Both the position numbers and the translations under genes were made by a program. Shown one piece after another: positions 9,391 through 22,664 of a DNA stretch of 64,000 nt. Source of the stretch: Pelomyxa schiedti. Its lineage: Eukaryota; Protista; Evosea. Where the stretch lies: positions 1-64,000 of the forward strand of contig JAHLWZ010000812.1 of NCBI GenBank assembly GCA_020536535.1, read 5' to 3'. Under the pieces are notes generated by a model. The model had not been told where the DNA came from. It did not search any database and saw only the letters and a list, made by a program, of their open reading frames with translations. Numbering within the stretch: the stretch's first letter is position 1; each line of letters begins with the position of its first letter.

Positions 9391-11714
9391 TCAGCAGCCT
9401 GCTGATGTGCTTGGGGGTGGCATGAATGTGGAAGAGGGGAAGCTAGGGGCATATGTGTTGTGGCTCAGGGGCTTGATTACGATGCTAGAGTGCCACGGCT
9501 CACTATATCCCAGGCTCGAAATTCCATGCATGGTGCTGCTTGGGTAGCTCTCCTGGCCGCTGGCGTGTATGACTGAGAAGTAGCCCCCTTGTGGTGTGAT
9601 TGCCCCACTATGAAGCGCTGCTGTGCAGACACATGAGTCGCTGGTATACACGCCTTGTATTGGTGTGAGTAAGTGACTGAGGTTAGGGTTTGAGTGCAGT
9701 GTGTATTATTAGGTGTATTACCTGTGCCCCAGATAGTACCTCCCGGACAGCCGTTGGCAATACCCTTGCAGAAGAAAAATATGCCCCCTCTGTGCCCGCA
9801 GTTAATGGCATCGGCCCATGTTTTTTCGGCCTGATCGGTGATGAGTGTTAATCGATATGGGAGAAGAGGGGATTACAGTATGTTGTGCTAATGACGATGA
9901 ATCCTTTAATGCATAACATGAGAATGCGCCATTTTTATGTGAAGGTGCAGCATGAGACTCGATCCCATTCCTGACAGAGGCAATGAACTCACCTTTGTAA
10001 TTTGGATGCTTGGCTACTGAAAAAGATCCGCCTTCTAAGCCAATCACACCAGCATGCAGTGCTGCACTACAGACATTTGACCTGGATGATATTAATTGTG
10101 TAGAGTTATTATGACGGCGAGATATCAACCGTGGGCTATATGTATCTGTGCCGTAGACAACACCTCCAGTGCAGCCACTAATTTTCCCGCGGCATATAAA
10201 TACACCTGGAACAAATTCGAAACTAGATAACCCACATGCCAGAGGCCTCTAGAAATGCACTTAGTGGGTAGCATAAAGTACTTCTGGTTACCTCTAGCTT
10301 ACATATCACGAAGGACCCACAGGAGGGGCCGAAATCAAGGGGAGTGATACCGTAGGCCTCTCTCCCTTGCTCATAGGATAGCTGCCCAGCAATTTCAACT
10401 AGTCTACTAGATTTTACAAGGCGCCAAAGGGTAATGATTTACCTGAAGAAGCCACCCTCCTTTGCAGAGATAACCCCAGCGTGAACTGCACTACTGCATT
10501 TATTACTCTCTTGAGCATACATCCCTACACCCCCCAAAACTGGGCCTCCTTGGCAGCCACATGCGCTACCTTTACATAAGTACACCTCTCCACAATGCTT
10601 CCCACAAGGCCAATACCTCAGACCTTCACCAGAACCCATCTGATTGTTGTAAGTAAACTCATAATGTGATCAAATAAAGAGATACTTGATCAGCGGTAGT
10701 AAGAGCCCAGCCAGAGGCGGCAATGTTGAATATCTCGTGTAAAATGTCTTGAGAAAATGCATTCAGTTTACGATTAATCAGCAGCATTTCTTTGACCATA
10801 CTCTTGAATGACTGAGGAAATAAATGATGTGTCTTTGTGAAGTTAGAGGAAAGGCGTAGGTGTTGTAGGAGGAAGAAGACTCACAGATGGTTCCCATTGG
10901 AAACACAAACTTCCTCTAAGTTGCACTGCGTCGATTTCCGCCCATGATTGGGATTGTGTACAGTCCAGTTCAAGTCGTATCACATTTACACGCATTGCTC
11001 TGCGCTCATCTTCCTTCTGGGCACAAGAGTCGGGAAGAGACAGCCTAATTTTCAAAATCCGGCTCTCAGGGGACGGAGATGGTCGTGCCTATTGGGTGGA
11101 AGAAAGTACTTCTCTCTGAGGTACATACTTCCAATTTTTCCTCCCACAAAGATACCCAGCCCTCTGGCTTTCCAAATAGTTGTGCCTTCACACTCACAAT
11201 TGCTCTTGCAAAAGTCAGCAAATTGGAGGTGGCAGTATAAGTTACACCAACCCAGGATTGAACGTCTCATAGACCAGCAACGAAGTCGGGTACACAGGTT
11301 CCAAGAAAAGAAGCTCAGCAAATTCGTGGGTGCCTCTGCTCCTCAAAGGTGCCCAGGCACCCCTCACATCGCCATATTTTGGGTACACAGTTGGCGGCCC
11401 AGTCATGCAGTCCGCATCCCATCCTCTCCCATATTCGCTACTCACCTCTAGATGCCACAAATCAGTCATTCCATTGTATGAGTGACAATACATAGGTTTA
11501 CATTATATTCAAGGGGGGGGGGGGGGAGGCGAACGCACTTGATACTGAGACTACCCACTGGTGTGCTCTGAATACACTTTTGCCCGGTTGAACAAGTTGT
11601 CGCCTCATGCACACACTACGTCAAATCGAACGACGAAAACGGTACAGCGATAATTATCGTGTTCAGTATTGCCAATATCAATCGCAATAACCCATTATCC
11701 ATAGACGTGTCCAT
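9391..11714 (-). CDS. FBXL4-N-terminal-like (discoidin-type) domain plus three LCCL domains
   Basis: VSSEYG...GPPTVYPKYGD...EPVYPTSLLVYETFNPG...IRLELDC...EIDAVQLRG. LCCL motifs YAQESNKCSSAVHAGVI, SNVCSAALHAGVI, YTSDSCVCTAALHSGAI. Confidence 0.8.
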
Positions 11715-11875
11715 CGCTAATCGGAAATAACCACCCAAGCGGTGAAAAAAAACCGTTTCCCCGAACTCATCATCCTTGGTTTTTTTATTTTCTTCTTTCC
11801 CAGTACTAGTAATGAGCCTCGCACTGCTCGTCTTTTTTTTTATGGGGATTCTTGCTTGTTGTTCACTGTTAGTCG

Positions 11876-12665
11876 ATGCACAATATGGAGGGCAACCAGG
11901 GAAAACCTACGGCTTCTGGATTATGGGCGCAATCAAAGGGAGTGGCGTTTGGTGTGCAGTACTGGCAGTTGTTGGTGGCGTTGAGCGCAGTCGTGTTTGT
12001 GGCTGGTGTGTGCATCGCAATTGTGGGAGGTTCCATGCTGGTGTCTGGTGCCGTCATGTGGTCAAACTATGGGCAATGGAGGAATCCCACAATGTGTACC
12101 GTGAAGTCTGTGCATTTAGCTGAGACAAAGGCATGTTTATCTTGTTTTAGATACCCCGTTTATAGTTAAATGTGAGAGCAATAGTAGATGGTAGTGAGTA
12201 TGATATCTGTAGATGATAGCACATAACTAACCCATTCTTTTTTTCTTTTTCAGCCATGTAAATTGTTTGGATATGTTGAGGATTTGTGTACCAACGTTGA
12301 GTGGCAAGTGCATGCCTCATTTGGGGATAGAATCATAAGATCAAATCCACGCATTTCTATTGGTGCCGCCGTGAGGACAACCGAGGGCCGTGATGTTGGC
12401 CAGTCATCACTCTGCATTACAAACTGGAAGAACACAAAAGTGCGTAGTAACTCTATGTCTTTTTCCGCAGTTTAATCCCCGAACTTACCAACGTTAGGCC
12501 AAGTGGTATGACAATGAAGAAGGCAAGCTTAGGACAGGGCAATGGCTTGTACTATTGGCTGGAATTCCATTCATTGCCGGTGTTGCTGTAATGATGGTGG
12601 GACTATCCCTTGTGCATTATTCCTTCACCAAGCAACCCAAGCCCATCACAGTTACGTTCAAGTGA
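11876..12665 (+). CDS. Hypothetical two-TM protein with Cys-containing loop
   Basis: TM1 LLVALSAVVFVAGVCIAIVGG, TM2 WLVLLAGIPFIAGVAVMMVGL. In-frame join needs a GC-AG intron at 12131-12253. Confidence 0.6.
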
Positions 12666-12899
12666 ACACCCCAGAGCAGCAAACAATCCCAACAAAAATA
12701 TCTCAGTCTTTTATTGGCTCGATGTTTTTGTTTTCACGTGCATTTTCAAACCTATCATTTTAATCATCCCAGAAAGCAAATTTCTCTGCCGCTTCCCCGT
12801 CCCGCACTGCCTACTTCCTGCCCCGCACACCCCGCATTATGGGAACCCCAACCTGGTATCTCTTCCGAGAACCCAAGAAGAAACGAAACGCAAAGAGCG

Positions 12900-13830
12900 A
12901 TGGGGCGAATCGCCGGGGTGGCAGCAATGGCCTTTGTAGTAGTTGCCGTTGTTATGGGAGGGCTCCTGGGACCGCTGCGCGGGGCGTCGGGGACCGTGCT
13001 GCCCATGAGCTACGCGGGGGACCCTGTGCTGCGGCTGGTGGCGCCGCCCTACGACGCCGGGGAGGCGGGGGCCAACGCGACGCAGCAGCTGGCGGCGGAC
13101 CTGGCCGACACCATGGCGGCGCAGGGCGGCGTGGGGCTCGCGGCCCCGCAGGTGGGCCAGTCCCGCCGCATGTTCGTCGCCCAGTGCGAGGCGTGCGCGG
13201 GCGTCGCGCCCCCGCTGCCCGTCACCGTGTTCATCAACCCGGCTCTGGACATCGCCGAGTCGTTCGGCATGCCAAAGGTCGATCTCTTGGAAGGTGGGTA
13301 GGTTTGTGTTGGCGCAGGAGGCTTCGTTCTGCATAGGATTGGATTCTTCCGACCTCGTCTCCTTATTGTGTCCCTAGTTTGCTTGTTTGGGTGTGTGGTA
13401 TTCTTTTGGAGAGCGTGTGGCGTAACGTGCTGTCTTGGCGTTGCTCTAATTCACAATTATGCTCTGTGTGGATGGATATCGGTATACTTTCTTTAATATT
13501 TTGAGTATAGGGTGCTTGAGCATTCCTGATTACAGAGCGCTTGTTCCTCGTTATCAGATTGTGACCATGGAAACACTGGATTTCAGTGGCAATTTGCACC
13601 ACATGCGGGCAACTGGCTGTACGCATTTCCCGTTGTTATCTCTTGACTAATAGTCGAAACAACAAATTGGCACAGATGTGGCTGGGCTCCTGCAACACGA
13701 GTATGACCACCTCAATGGTGTACTTTACATTGACAAGATGGATATTTCTTCGTTTTGCTCAACTGACAACTGTAACATTTACTTCAAGAATGCCGGTGTA
13801 AAAAATGGCACCTGGGCATGGTTGGATTAA
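12900..13830 (+). CDS. PDF: Peptide deformylase with N-terminal hydrophobic signal-like peptide
   Basis: All three motifs after splicing: GGVGLAAPQVG, E|GCLSIP, LQHEYDHLNG; also GDPVLR and VFINP. Confidence 0.95.
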
Positions 13831-13880
13831 AAAAATAAGAACTTCTGGGAACAAAAAAAGATAAGCTACAGTACAAACAA

Positions 13881-16426
13881 CTACTCTTTATTTCCAACAT
13901 TACCGCTTTGGTTTTGCTCTGTTAGGGGAGTTTTTGGATGGAGTTGTGCAAAAAAACCGGGTGGGCCAAACTGGTTACCTCTGAGATGTGGATGTGGTTG
14001 TAGTCGAAGGGCTGGTGCGTGGGGTGGAGCTTTTTGTGAGTTGGTGGTATTTGGCTGAAGCGAGGGCCGAATTGCGGGTGTAGGTGTTGCTGCTGTGGGC
14101 TTTGGTGGTAGAGTTGTGGAGGGGCGTTGTGTGGACCGATGATCGTTTACAGGTTTCGGGTGAATTGAGCCTGTGGGAATCGCCGCAGCCGGTAGTTGGT
14201 TACTACCTGTAGGATACCCGGGGAGGGGCTGTTGGTGGAGTGAGAACGTGTTCTCTTTCTTTGGCGGAAAGGGGGTTGCGTTTTGTAAAGATGTGGAGGA
14301 ATTTTCTGCGATGACCGGATCGCACTGTGTTCTCGGTTGATGAGGAAACGGGGGCAAGTTGAGTTCAGCAAGTTGAATTTGGAAGGGTGTAGGAGGAAAT
14401 GTCTCCCATTCCGGAGTTGCCTCTTGTTTCCCTCCTACACTATATGGATATAAAGTGTCACTGTGGGTACCACCTGAAATGTGCTCAACCGGCTTTATTG
14501 GAGGTTCGTGCCGATTGCGTACTTCCCTGCTTGGTTCTGTGCAAAATGCAGCCTGTGGAGTTGCGAACTGCACTGTCGCAGACTTTGGCTCCACTCGCAG
14601 GGGATTTGTGCCATTAGGTTGAGAGTGCTTTTCTGACACAGGTAACGGTTCATTGACAGGATGTACCCAGGTCTGCTGGAGCTGTTGCGGGGGTAAGAGA
14701 GTATGCGTAATTGCTTGTGTAGAAAGCACTTTTTTGGTGCTTCCCTTGGAAATTAGTGGGGTAACGGACGCTCTGCACAATGTAAGCAGAAAGAATCTCC
14801 AAGGAGGGGGAACAAACTACTTTGCTGTCACTTCAGATATTTGTCTATTAAGTTGCTCTTCAAAATCTCGAAGTTGTTGGTTCAAATCTTGCAAGGCTGA
14901 GGTTCTTGGGTACCAGTTAGGTGGTTGGGAACTAAGTGAGCGACTATACACGAAAAAAAACATTAAAATAACTTCCATACATTGCTACAGTGTCAACTAC
15001 TGGCTCTGAATTGCCCAGCTGAGGGGCAGTCATTTGATTGTACTCGTTTGTACATGGCGGCACAGGCGTGATTATTGGGTGAATTGTAAGCCCATGACCA
15101 ACAGGTCTTGATTTGTTTGTAGTGCTACAGTGAATTTCTGTGTGTGATGCAACTGAATCTACTTCCGTGTTTTCAGGAAGGATAAGTGTATCAATCTCTT
15201 CTTCAGGCTGGTCCTGATTTGTCGAATCCACCTGATTGTCTGTTGCCATATATTGAATTGACTTTGTAGGTCCCTTTTCCTCACTGGAGGGACCTTCATC
15301 AGAAGAGCTAGAGCTGACATAAGCAGAAAAAGTATCTAGAATGCTCTCACCAACTTGAAGTAGTCTTTCCTTGATGCACATGGGTTTTCTCAAAAGAAGG
15401 GAGGAGAGGCCTGTGTGCTAGAGGGAGGGGCACTTCTACATAGAAAATGAGAATAAAATGAATTGATTCTGGCGGCATGCCACTGTCATCAAACGGAGCC
15501 ACCGAAAACGGAGGGTGAGTTAACTGTGTGGATCTTGTGTTTGCAACAAGTCTTTGCAAATTTTCCAACTTGGCCTTGTTGTCATCGTTCCTTTTTTTCT
15601 TTAATTCGTTGTCCAAAGATATCTGCATTTTGTGTTCCCCCACTTCTTTTGGTAGGAAGGTCTAATTTACTTTTTGCACAGCTTGAACCCATCGCTGCAA
15701 TTCAAGTGACCTGGCGTGGTCCATCTTCTCCAGGCGTTCTTGTTGCTGTATTTCCTGAGCAGAATAAGAAATACTAGAAAAACAGGTGGCCCCAGTACTT
15801 GCTGGTATTCAATTTGGCGAGCCGCAAAGTGGGCAGGGTTTGGTCGCGGTTTGGCAAAGGCTTTTCTTTGCTCTGCCATCTGGATTTCTCGGGCTTTCTT
15901 TTCATTTTCCCGCTAATAGCGTGTTGGAATTAGAAGTGGAAAACTCCTTCAGACCATGACTTGGCACGCTTTGTTATACTCGGATTCTGCTTTCTTGAGC
16001 TTATGTTCTCTCAATTTGCAGGCCTCGTATTGCTTTTCCTGCTGCCTCACCTGCATTGCGTTACAAAGAATCTCTAATCATTGTTGCGCCACCTCAACAA
16101 ATCTGTTTCTTCTATTCCGCAATTCTTCTTCCCTGTCAAGCCTCTCTTGTTGATAACGATTCAGTGGGAATGCCTTTGTACTAACCGTCAGAGGTAAACA
16201 ACAATGAAAAACCAAACGAAAGTACCTTTTGCGGTTTCAGTCGCGTGACCGATACAATGTTCGCCGTATCACTCGGATCAACGGTCGTGGCCGCAGGTTC
16301 GTCGGCATGTGTAGAGGCCACATCATCACCACTAGAATCGTCAGACGAGTCATCAGATCCGCCATCACGTTCCAGGTGCACAAACACAGGCGCCCGGAAA
16401 AGCGACCCGTTATTGTTGCCGGCCAT
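13881..16426 (-). CDS. Hypothetical coiled-coil / proline-rich protein
   Basis: Colinear minus-strand exons with charged helical (MAEQRKAFAKP..., ELKKKRNDDNKAKLENLQ) and Pro-rich segments. Confidence 0.6.
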
Positions 16427-16714
16427 CCCACTTCGAGGTTAATTACCTTAATCGTGCCATTCTCGGAAGATGCATTGCAAACAGACTGATGATGAGAGCC
16501 AGACAAACAGAAAAAAAACATAAACAACCCCTCAATCTCAGGGATCGTAATGCCCCCCCGAGTTCACCCACGGAATTTGGGGGGAGATGTTCTCCCTTAG
16601 AGGCAGTCTCCACACGAGATACTTCACATTTTGTAAGTTCTCGGAAGTACCCTCATCATTCTTCTTGGCTTTTCGGCGTTCCCACAATCAATACAGTTCT
16701 CCTGGCACTTAGTG

Positions 16715-19038
16715 ATGATACGGGCTCTGATTGTAGCGTGTGTTTTTGTCTGTTGGGCTGAGGGGGTGTCGTTCAGTGGCACGTGGACTGACGGTTCGGG
16801 CTATGGGGGTTCAATGCTGGTCTGTCAAAAAAATGATGACAATTCCGTCTACGCAGTACGAACTCTTCTTCCCTTTTTTACTGCTTCTTCTTTTACCTTG
16901 GGTTTTGAAAATTCCTTAAACACAGATTTATTCCGGGATTGGTTGGATTAAAGGTGTAATGGATGGATTGAATTTCACTGGCAGTTGGTATGACTCGGGA
17001 AGACACTGTATGTTTACCGGTGATATTCATTATGATTAGAGAAGTAACCATTGCTTTTAAAGACCTGTATAACTCTGTCAACCATGGGACTATGTGGGGT
17101 TCCATATCTCAGGATGGTGACAGCTATGACTTTTCATGGTTGGAGAATTATTGGAGAAAGTAGGTTAATATCCCAAGGTCATTCTGGGGGCAAGCAGACG
17201 TTTACACTGGATGGTTAGGGACCCGAATAAACTCAGTAATTCCAAGTGACATAGAATGTGGAAACGTGCTCCCCAACACCCCTCCTTCAATGGCAGTATG
17301 CTTCTCCAACCTACTCTCAACTCCAACATATTTATAGGGGACCTGGGGATATGACGGCACTGGGGGGCATGGGAACATATCCAGTGAGTGTTATACGCAA
17401 TATCAGCTTACTGACCTTCAGTCTAGTTTCCCATACAAGTCAATTCACTGCATCCTACGCTTTCCGCGAGGATGAAGGGGAAACAGTTCCTGGCTATGTC
17501 TCTGCAGAGTGTTATGGAGACAACTATGAAGTATGCTCTGGGGAGTGGTACGAATCTGATGGGGTCAGTACATGAGATCTCTCTCCTTGTTTCATCTTAA
17601 ACAGGACAACTGGGGCGTAACCATTTATGTACGTCTATCGAATACTACACTATTAGATATATGGCAAATCGGACACATTCCCCTTAGATTTGCTCCAAGT
17701 CAAATGTTAACCCCGGCATGGGAATTGCTTGTTGTGGATAGGTTTTCCCAGCATTTAATTACATACACACTTTGAACATCTACTAATTTGTGTGTCTAGT
17801 GATGTCAATTACCCAAATGACAACCCTCTCAATCCGACTGATCACAGTGCTTTCTTATGGGATCCATATGCCTTGTGAGCAATTTCTTTAACTTAGTGTT
17901 TTAACCTTCATATTATAGTGACTACAACGGCCACTGGACATATTCCGACCTGGACTTTTACGTTTGCAGTGAATCAGTGGATCACTATTGCCGGGGACTT
18001 TATTGGGAAGTGTGTTTCTTTCCCTTTTTTCCTTCTGGCCATTTATACTATTTCCTATTTCCAGTATGGATACGTCGTTGGGTACTATGCGGCAAATTGG
18101 TGGATAGCCGTGTGGTTTGAAGGAAATGCCAACGCAGATTCGCAGTGGGGATACACTTACACAAGGGCAGTACGGTATGTGATTCGTGACATATTTCTGT
18201 ACTCATATCCATAGTTCAACCCACCAATTGGTCTGGTACTACGGAAACTCCTATGGAGACTTGGTTGAGACAGTGAACCTCGAAAGTGTCAATACTTACA
18301 CTCCCTCAGATTCACAATGTTGGTTTTCCACCTCAGATTCTTCAAATTGCAGTGTAAGTCTTTTTTCATTACCCTAACTGGCTACTACGCACTTATCCCG
18401 TACCAAGGGTGTATGGGAAACGGACGATGAATTAACATACCAGTTATGCCTGGAGGAAGATAAAAACTTCACAGCACTCTTTGTCAATGAAGATGGGACT
18501 ACAATTACTGAGCAGGTATTCAAAACAAACAAACAAAAAAAAAAAAAAAAAAACCAGTTGGCTATTTCAGGATACTAATTTGGGGGAAATTAAAGGGAAG
18601 ATGCTACCTGGATGGTGTTACCTGTTCTGGGTGGTGGACTGACAGTGAAATGCATTCAGGGCCATCACTCTACCACATTGATTCCGATGGTTATCTGCAA
18701 CATATCTGGTGGAATGGGAACTGCAATGTTACACCAACCACAATATCAAACCCAGAGCTGCACGACCAAATGGTGATTGCGTGCTGTGTTTTTCCGTTTC
18801 CGATTGCTTGTTTGTATTCGATTTGTTTTACAAGCGCCCCGCTCTGCAGTGCACAACTAGATAGACTTCAATCCTATCAACACATAATAACCTCAATCAG
18901 GAAATGAGCAGTGCAGGTGTTGATCAAGAGCCCATATGCACACCACCACAATCTTCTTCATCCTCATCCATGGCAGTATCACTACGGGTCAATGTTATGC
19001 TGGCCTGCCTGGTTATCTTCTGTGCTACTCTCTTGTGA
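16715..19038 (+). CDS. Secreted, probably GPI-anchored surface protein with repeated W/G/C-rich domains
   Basis: Signal peptide MIRALIVACVFVCWAEG; repeats opening GTWTD, GTWGY, GVWET; C-terminus SSSSSSMAVSLRVNVMLACLVIFCATLL*. Confidence 0.7.
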
Positions 19039-19342
19039 GAAATCCTGCATGTGCTGCACAGCAACAAAACACCTCTTCTTTCGACAGGGTTTTAAAAAAA
19101 AAAATACACACAACCCTGTCGGGCTAAAACTTTCTTCAGTGAGACATTAGCTGGAGGAACCCACACAGGGACAGATTGAACTCACTCAGGAGGTTGAGTG
19201 TGTCCAGGCAAGACCTTCCCACGGGACACACAGCGCCTCTTACAACCGAAGCCTTGTACTACAATCTATCATCATCAGGCCCCCATACAGGCAACACACG
19301 GAATCTCTAATCACGAATCGACAGACGCACACCGCACAGTAA

Positions 19343-22300
19343 ATGCTGGTTGGGGGCGGAACCGGTGGCAGCAAGGGAGGGAGCGGCGCCCGCAAGCGAG
19401 GCGAGATGGCGGATCTGCGGGATCGGCTGCGCGTGGCCAACAACGACCGCACGGCCACGTCCGCCGCGCTGCCCCTGGTGGACAAGGTCGTGTCGTTCAT
19501 GACCCTGGGAATCGACACCTCCTCGTTGTTTCCGGAAATGGCAATGGTGCGTGCCATCAACAACACAAAATGTTGTTGTTGTGTTGTTACTTAGTTTACG
19601 GGCAGTTGGTTGGTTATTATACTTATAAAAAAAAAATAATAGGCATCCAATACTCGAAATCTGGCCCAAAAGAAGTTGGTTTACTTGTATTTGTGCCATA
19701 ATGCAGAAACCCAACCAGGCAAATATCTTTGTGCTTTGCAATGATGTAATCCACTCCCTCACATAGATGTGTCACTTCTGTGTGTGAATACACTACAGCG
19801 GGATGCCACTGATAGCAATCCTATTGTGCGTGGTCTTGCATTGCGATCAATAGCATCTTTGAGGTCTGTTCTAAGTGACAAAAACAAAAGAGGGCATTAG
19901 TTCATGCTGATTTAAAAAAAAAAATAACCCAGGGTACCAAATATCGTGGAATATGTATTCCCTCTTATTGCAGCTGGTCTAGGGGACACCAATGCATATG
20001 TTAGGAAAACTGCCGCCATTGCTGCAGTAAAATTTTACAAAACTGCTCCTGATATTTTCATTGGTCACAAAAAACCTTTCTCCTTACCCCTATTGATTTC
20101 TGTTCAGGTTCGGATATGACTGACAAACTTTATCAACTTCTGCGCGATTCAGACCCTGTGGTATAATATTTACAAATACCGTCAAACACCAATCATTTGC
20201 ATACAGGTTGTTGTAAATGCCATCAACGCTCTGAATGAAGTCCTGCGAGATTCCGGTGGACCACAAATTCCTAATGAATTGATGATCTCGCTCCTGCAGA
20301 GGTAAAAGTTATTTGGATATTAGTAGAATCTCATTTTCACAGATTGAGAGAGTTCAATGAATGGGGACAATGTGTGATTCTGAATCTCACAGAGTCTTTT
20401 GAGCCACAGAACGAAGATGAAATTCTTGCTATCCTGGTTTAATACTAGACTGTTGTATTTCTCTGTTAATTGTAACATGAAAGAATCTTTTGGATGAGAA
20501 ACTTAAGCACACCAACAGCAGTGTCGTGATGGCAGTGTGTGGCGTATTCTTGCGCCTCACCCAGCATCACCCAGTCCTGCATCAAAGTGTTTGTGCGCGC
20601 ATCAAGTCCCCCCTACTCCTCCACATCACAACCACACATTACCCAGAGGTGGCATACCCATTGATGTGTCATTTGAAGTTGCTACTTTCCAGGGTACCTA
20701 CTTTGTTGGAAAACGATTACAAGAGTTTTTATATCAGGTTCCAGGTTTTAATATATTTTTTTCCTTTGTTCACTTTGCTCTCACAGATCAAATGACCCCA
20801 CCTATTTAAAAACACTCAAAATAGAGCTGCTCACGAGCATTGCCAATGAAAAATCTGCCCCCTATATCATTGAAGAGTTATTGTATGCAAATTAAAACCA
20901 ACTTAAACCAAACAATTAATACTGTTGGCTCGGTACACTCACTTTTTTTCTCCCAGTGCCTACGCCACTGACGTGGACATGACTTGTGCCTGCAAAGCAC
21001 TAACTGCCCTAGGAACCATTGCTCTAAAAGTACTCGAGTAAAGGCATGATAAAACAGTTTAGTTACCTGTTTACAGGTCCCTTCCATTGTGACCCGAATT
21101 TTGAGTAAATTCATTGATTTGATAGCCTTGGACATTGATTACATTGCAGCCGAAGCTATTCTTGCTCTTAAAGGTTGTTTCCTTTCCTTCTTCTTTGATT
21201 CCAACTCCCACGAACAGATATTTTCCGTAAATACCCCACAACGCGGGATGAAATTCTTGACCTGTTGGAAAGCTGTATATCTGTAGTGTCTTCACCGCAA
21301 GCTAAAGTACCGAATGTCACTCAAAAGCCTGTAAACATAAACGCAATAGGCTGCAGTTGTTTGGATGATTGGCGATTTTGGTGAGACCCTCGAATCGGCA
21401 CCATACATTCTTGAGGATCTCGTGGATACTTGGGAAGAACTTGATGAAGAAGTTCAGCTGCAGGTGGGGCTTTTCCAATTTGAGCGCCATTTTGACTCCA
21501 TCCCATCAGCTCCTAACAGCAACAATGAAAATGTACTTCAAGCGCCCCCAGGAATGCCAGCCCATACTCGGACAATTATTGAACTCGGCAATCAACAACA
21601 CAGTCTCAATAGACACTCACGACAAAGCGTTATTATACTATAGACTTCTAGCCTATAACCCTCAAGAGGTTCTAAACTTACATCATGAACGAAATTAAAC
21701 AAGATAAACAGGCAGCCCGTGTTGTATGTGCTTCTAAAATTCCAATAAGTACTTTCTCGGAACAAGCAAAATCGGAAATAGATGTAAGTTCCCTTATTCT
21801 ACAATGTTTTCTAATGCACCAAAAGGATCAACTCTTTGAAGAGTTCAATACACTGTCTGTTGTCTACCACAAACCCGAAAAACTGTTCACAAAGCCAAAG
21901 CCTATCATACAACCCATTGCTGCCCCTTCCAACACTTCACCCACTCCACTTTCCAAACGCACTCCAGCAACTAGCACGGCAATTCCACAAGCAGTAAGTA
22001 CCAGCTAAATATAGGGAGAACTAATCCACTATCTTTAGTCACAGTCACAGCAACAGCAACACGTTTCTGGCAACCGGTATGAATTCATGCTAGAACCATC
22101 ACCTAAAATGCCAGCTGAAGTATTCCAACGAAAGTGGCAAGCTGCAACCACATGGTAATACCAAAATCTATGCTACTTCTAACATTTCCACAGTGAAACC
22201 GTGGAGAAAATTTGGTTAGGTCCCATAGAGCCTTTAATCGCTTCAGTGAAGTCAAACACTCACTGTGTAGCATGTATGGCCAGTGGAATTGTAGCAAATA

Positions 22301-22565
22301 CTGCGAAAATATATGCCTACGCCGTCGATGTATGTACCGCCTTGATAGCTCCGATTCTACCACTCTATAATTGTGTTATTTCGGATACGAGCTCATTCCA
22401 ATTTCAAAACAGCAACTGTCGGGCGTCGCTTTCTTAATTGAAATCATTGTCAGGCTGACACCCCCGCAGAACCAATCCAAGTTGGTTGCCACGATAAAAT
22501 CCGAAGATCCTCTGTTGGCCAAGCAATTTGCTGCTTATTTCACACAACACTTTTTGGCATACTAA
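19343..22565 (+). CDS. AP4B1: Adaptor protein complex beta subunit, most likely AP-4 beta
   Basis: [53 protein letters not shown]. Short hinge with platform-only appendage. Confidence 0.85.
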
Positions 22566-22664
22566 ACTAAAGGCGTGTCACTTTCGCCAAACTATCTGAT
22601 CGAAAACTTTACAATCATAAAAAAAAAAAAACTCGTCAACGGAGACTGATCTTGCGGGTGGAGA

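Noticed and set aside
11513-11526. G14 run as a G-quadruplex element
   Set aside because: It is the poly-C pyrimidine tract of a minus-strand intron.
12900-13300. High GC of PDF exon 1 as evidence of recent HGT
   Set aside because: First exons of native genes (DR1, TDP2, AP4B1) are equally GC-rich, and PDF has introns.
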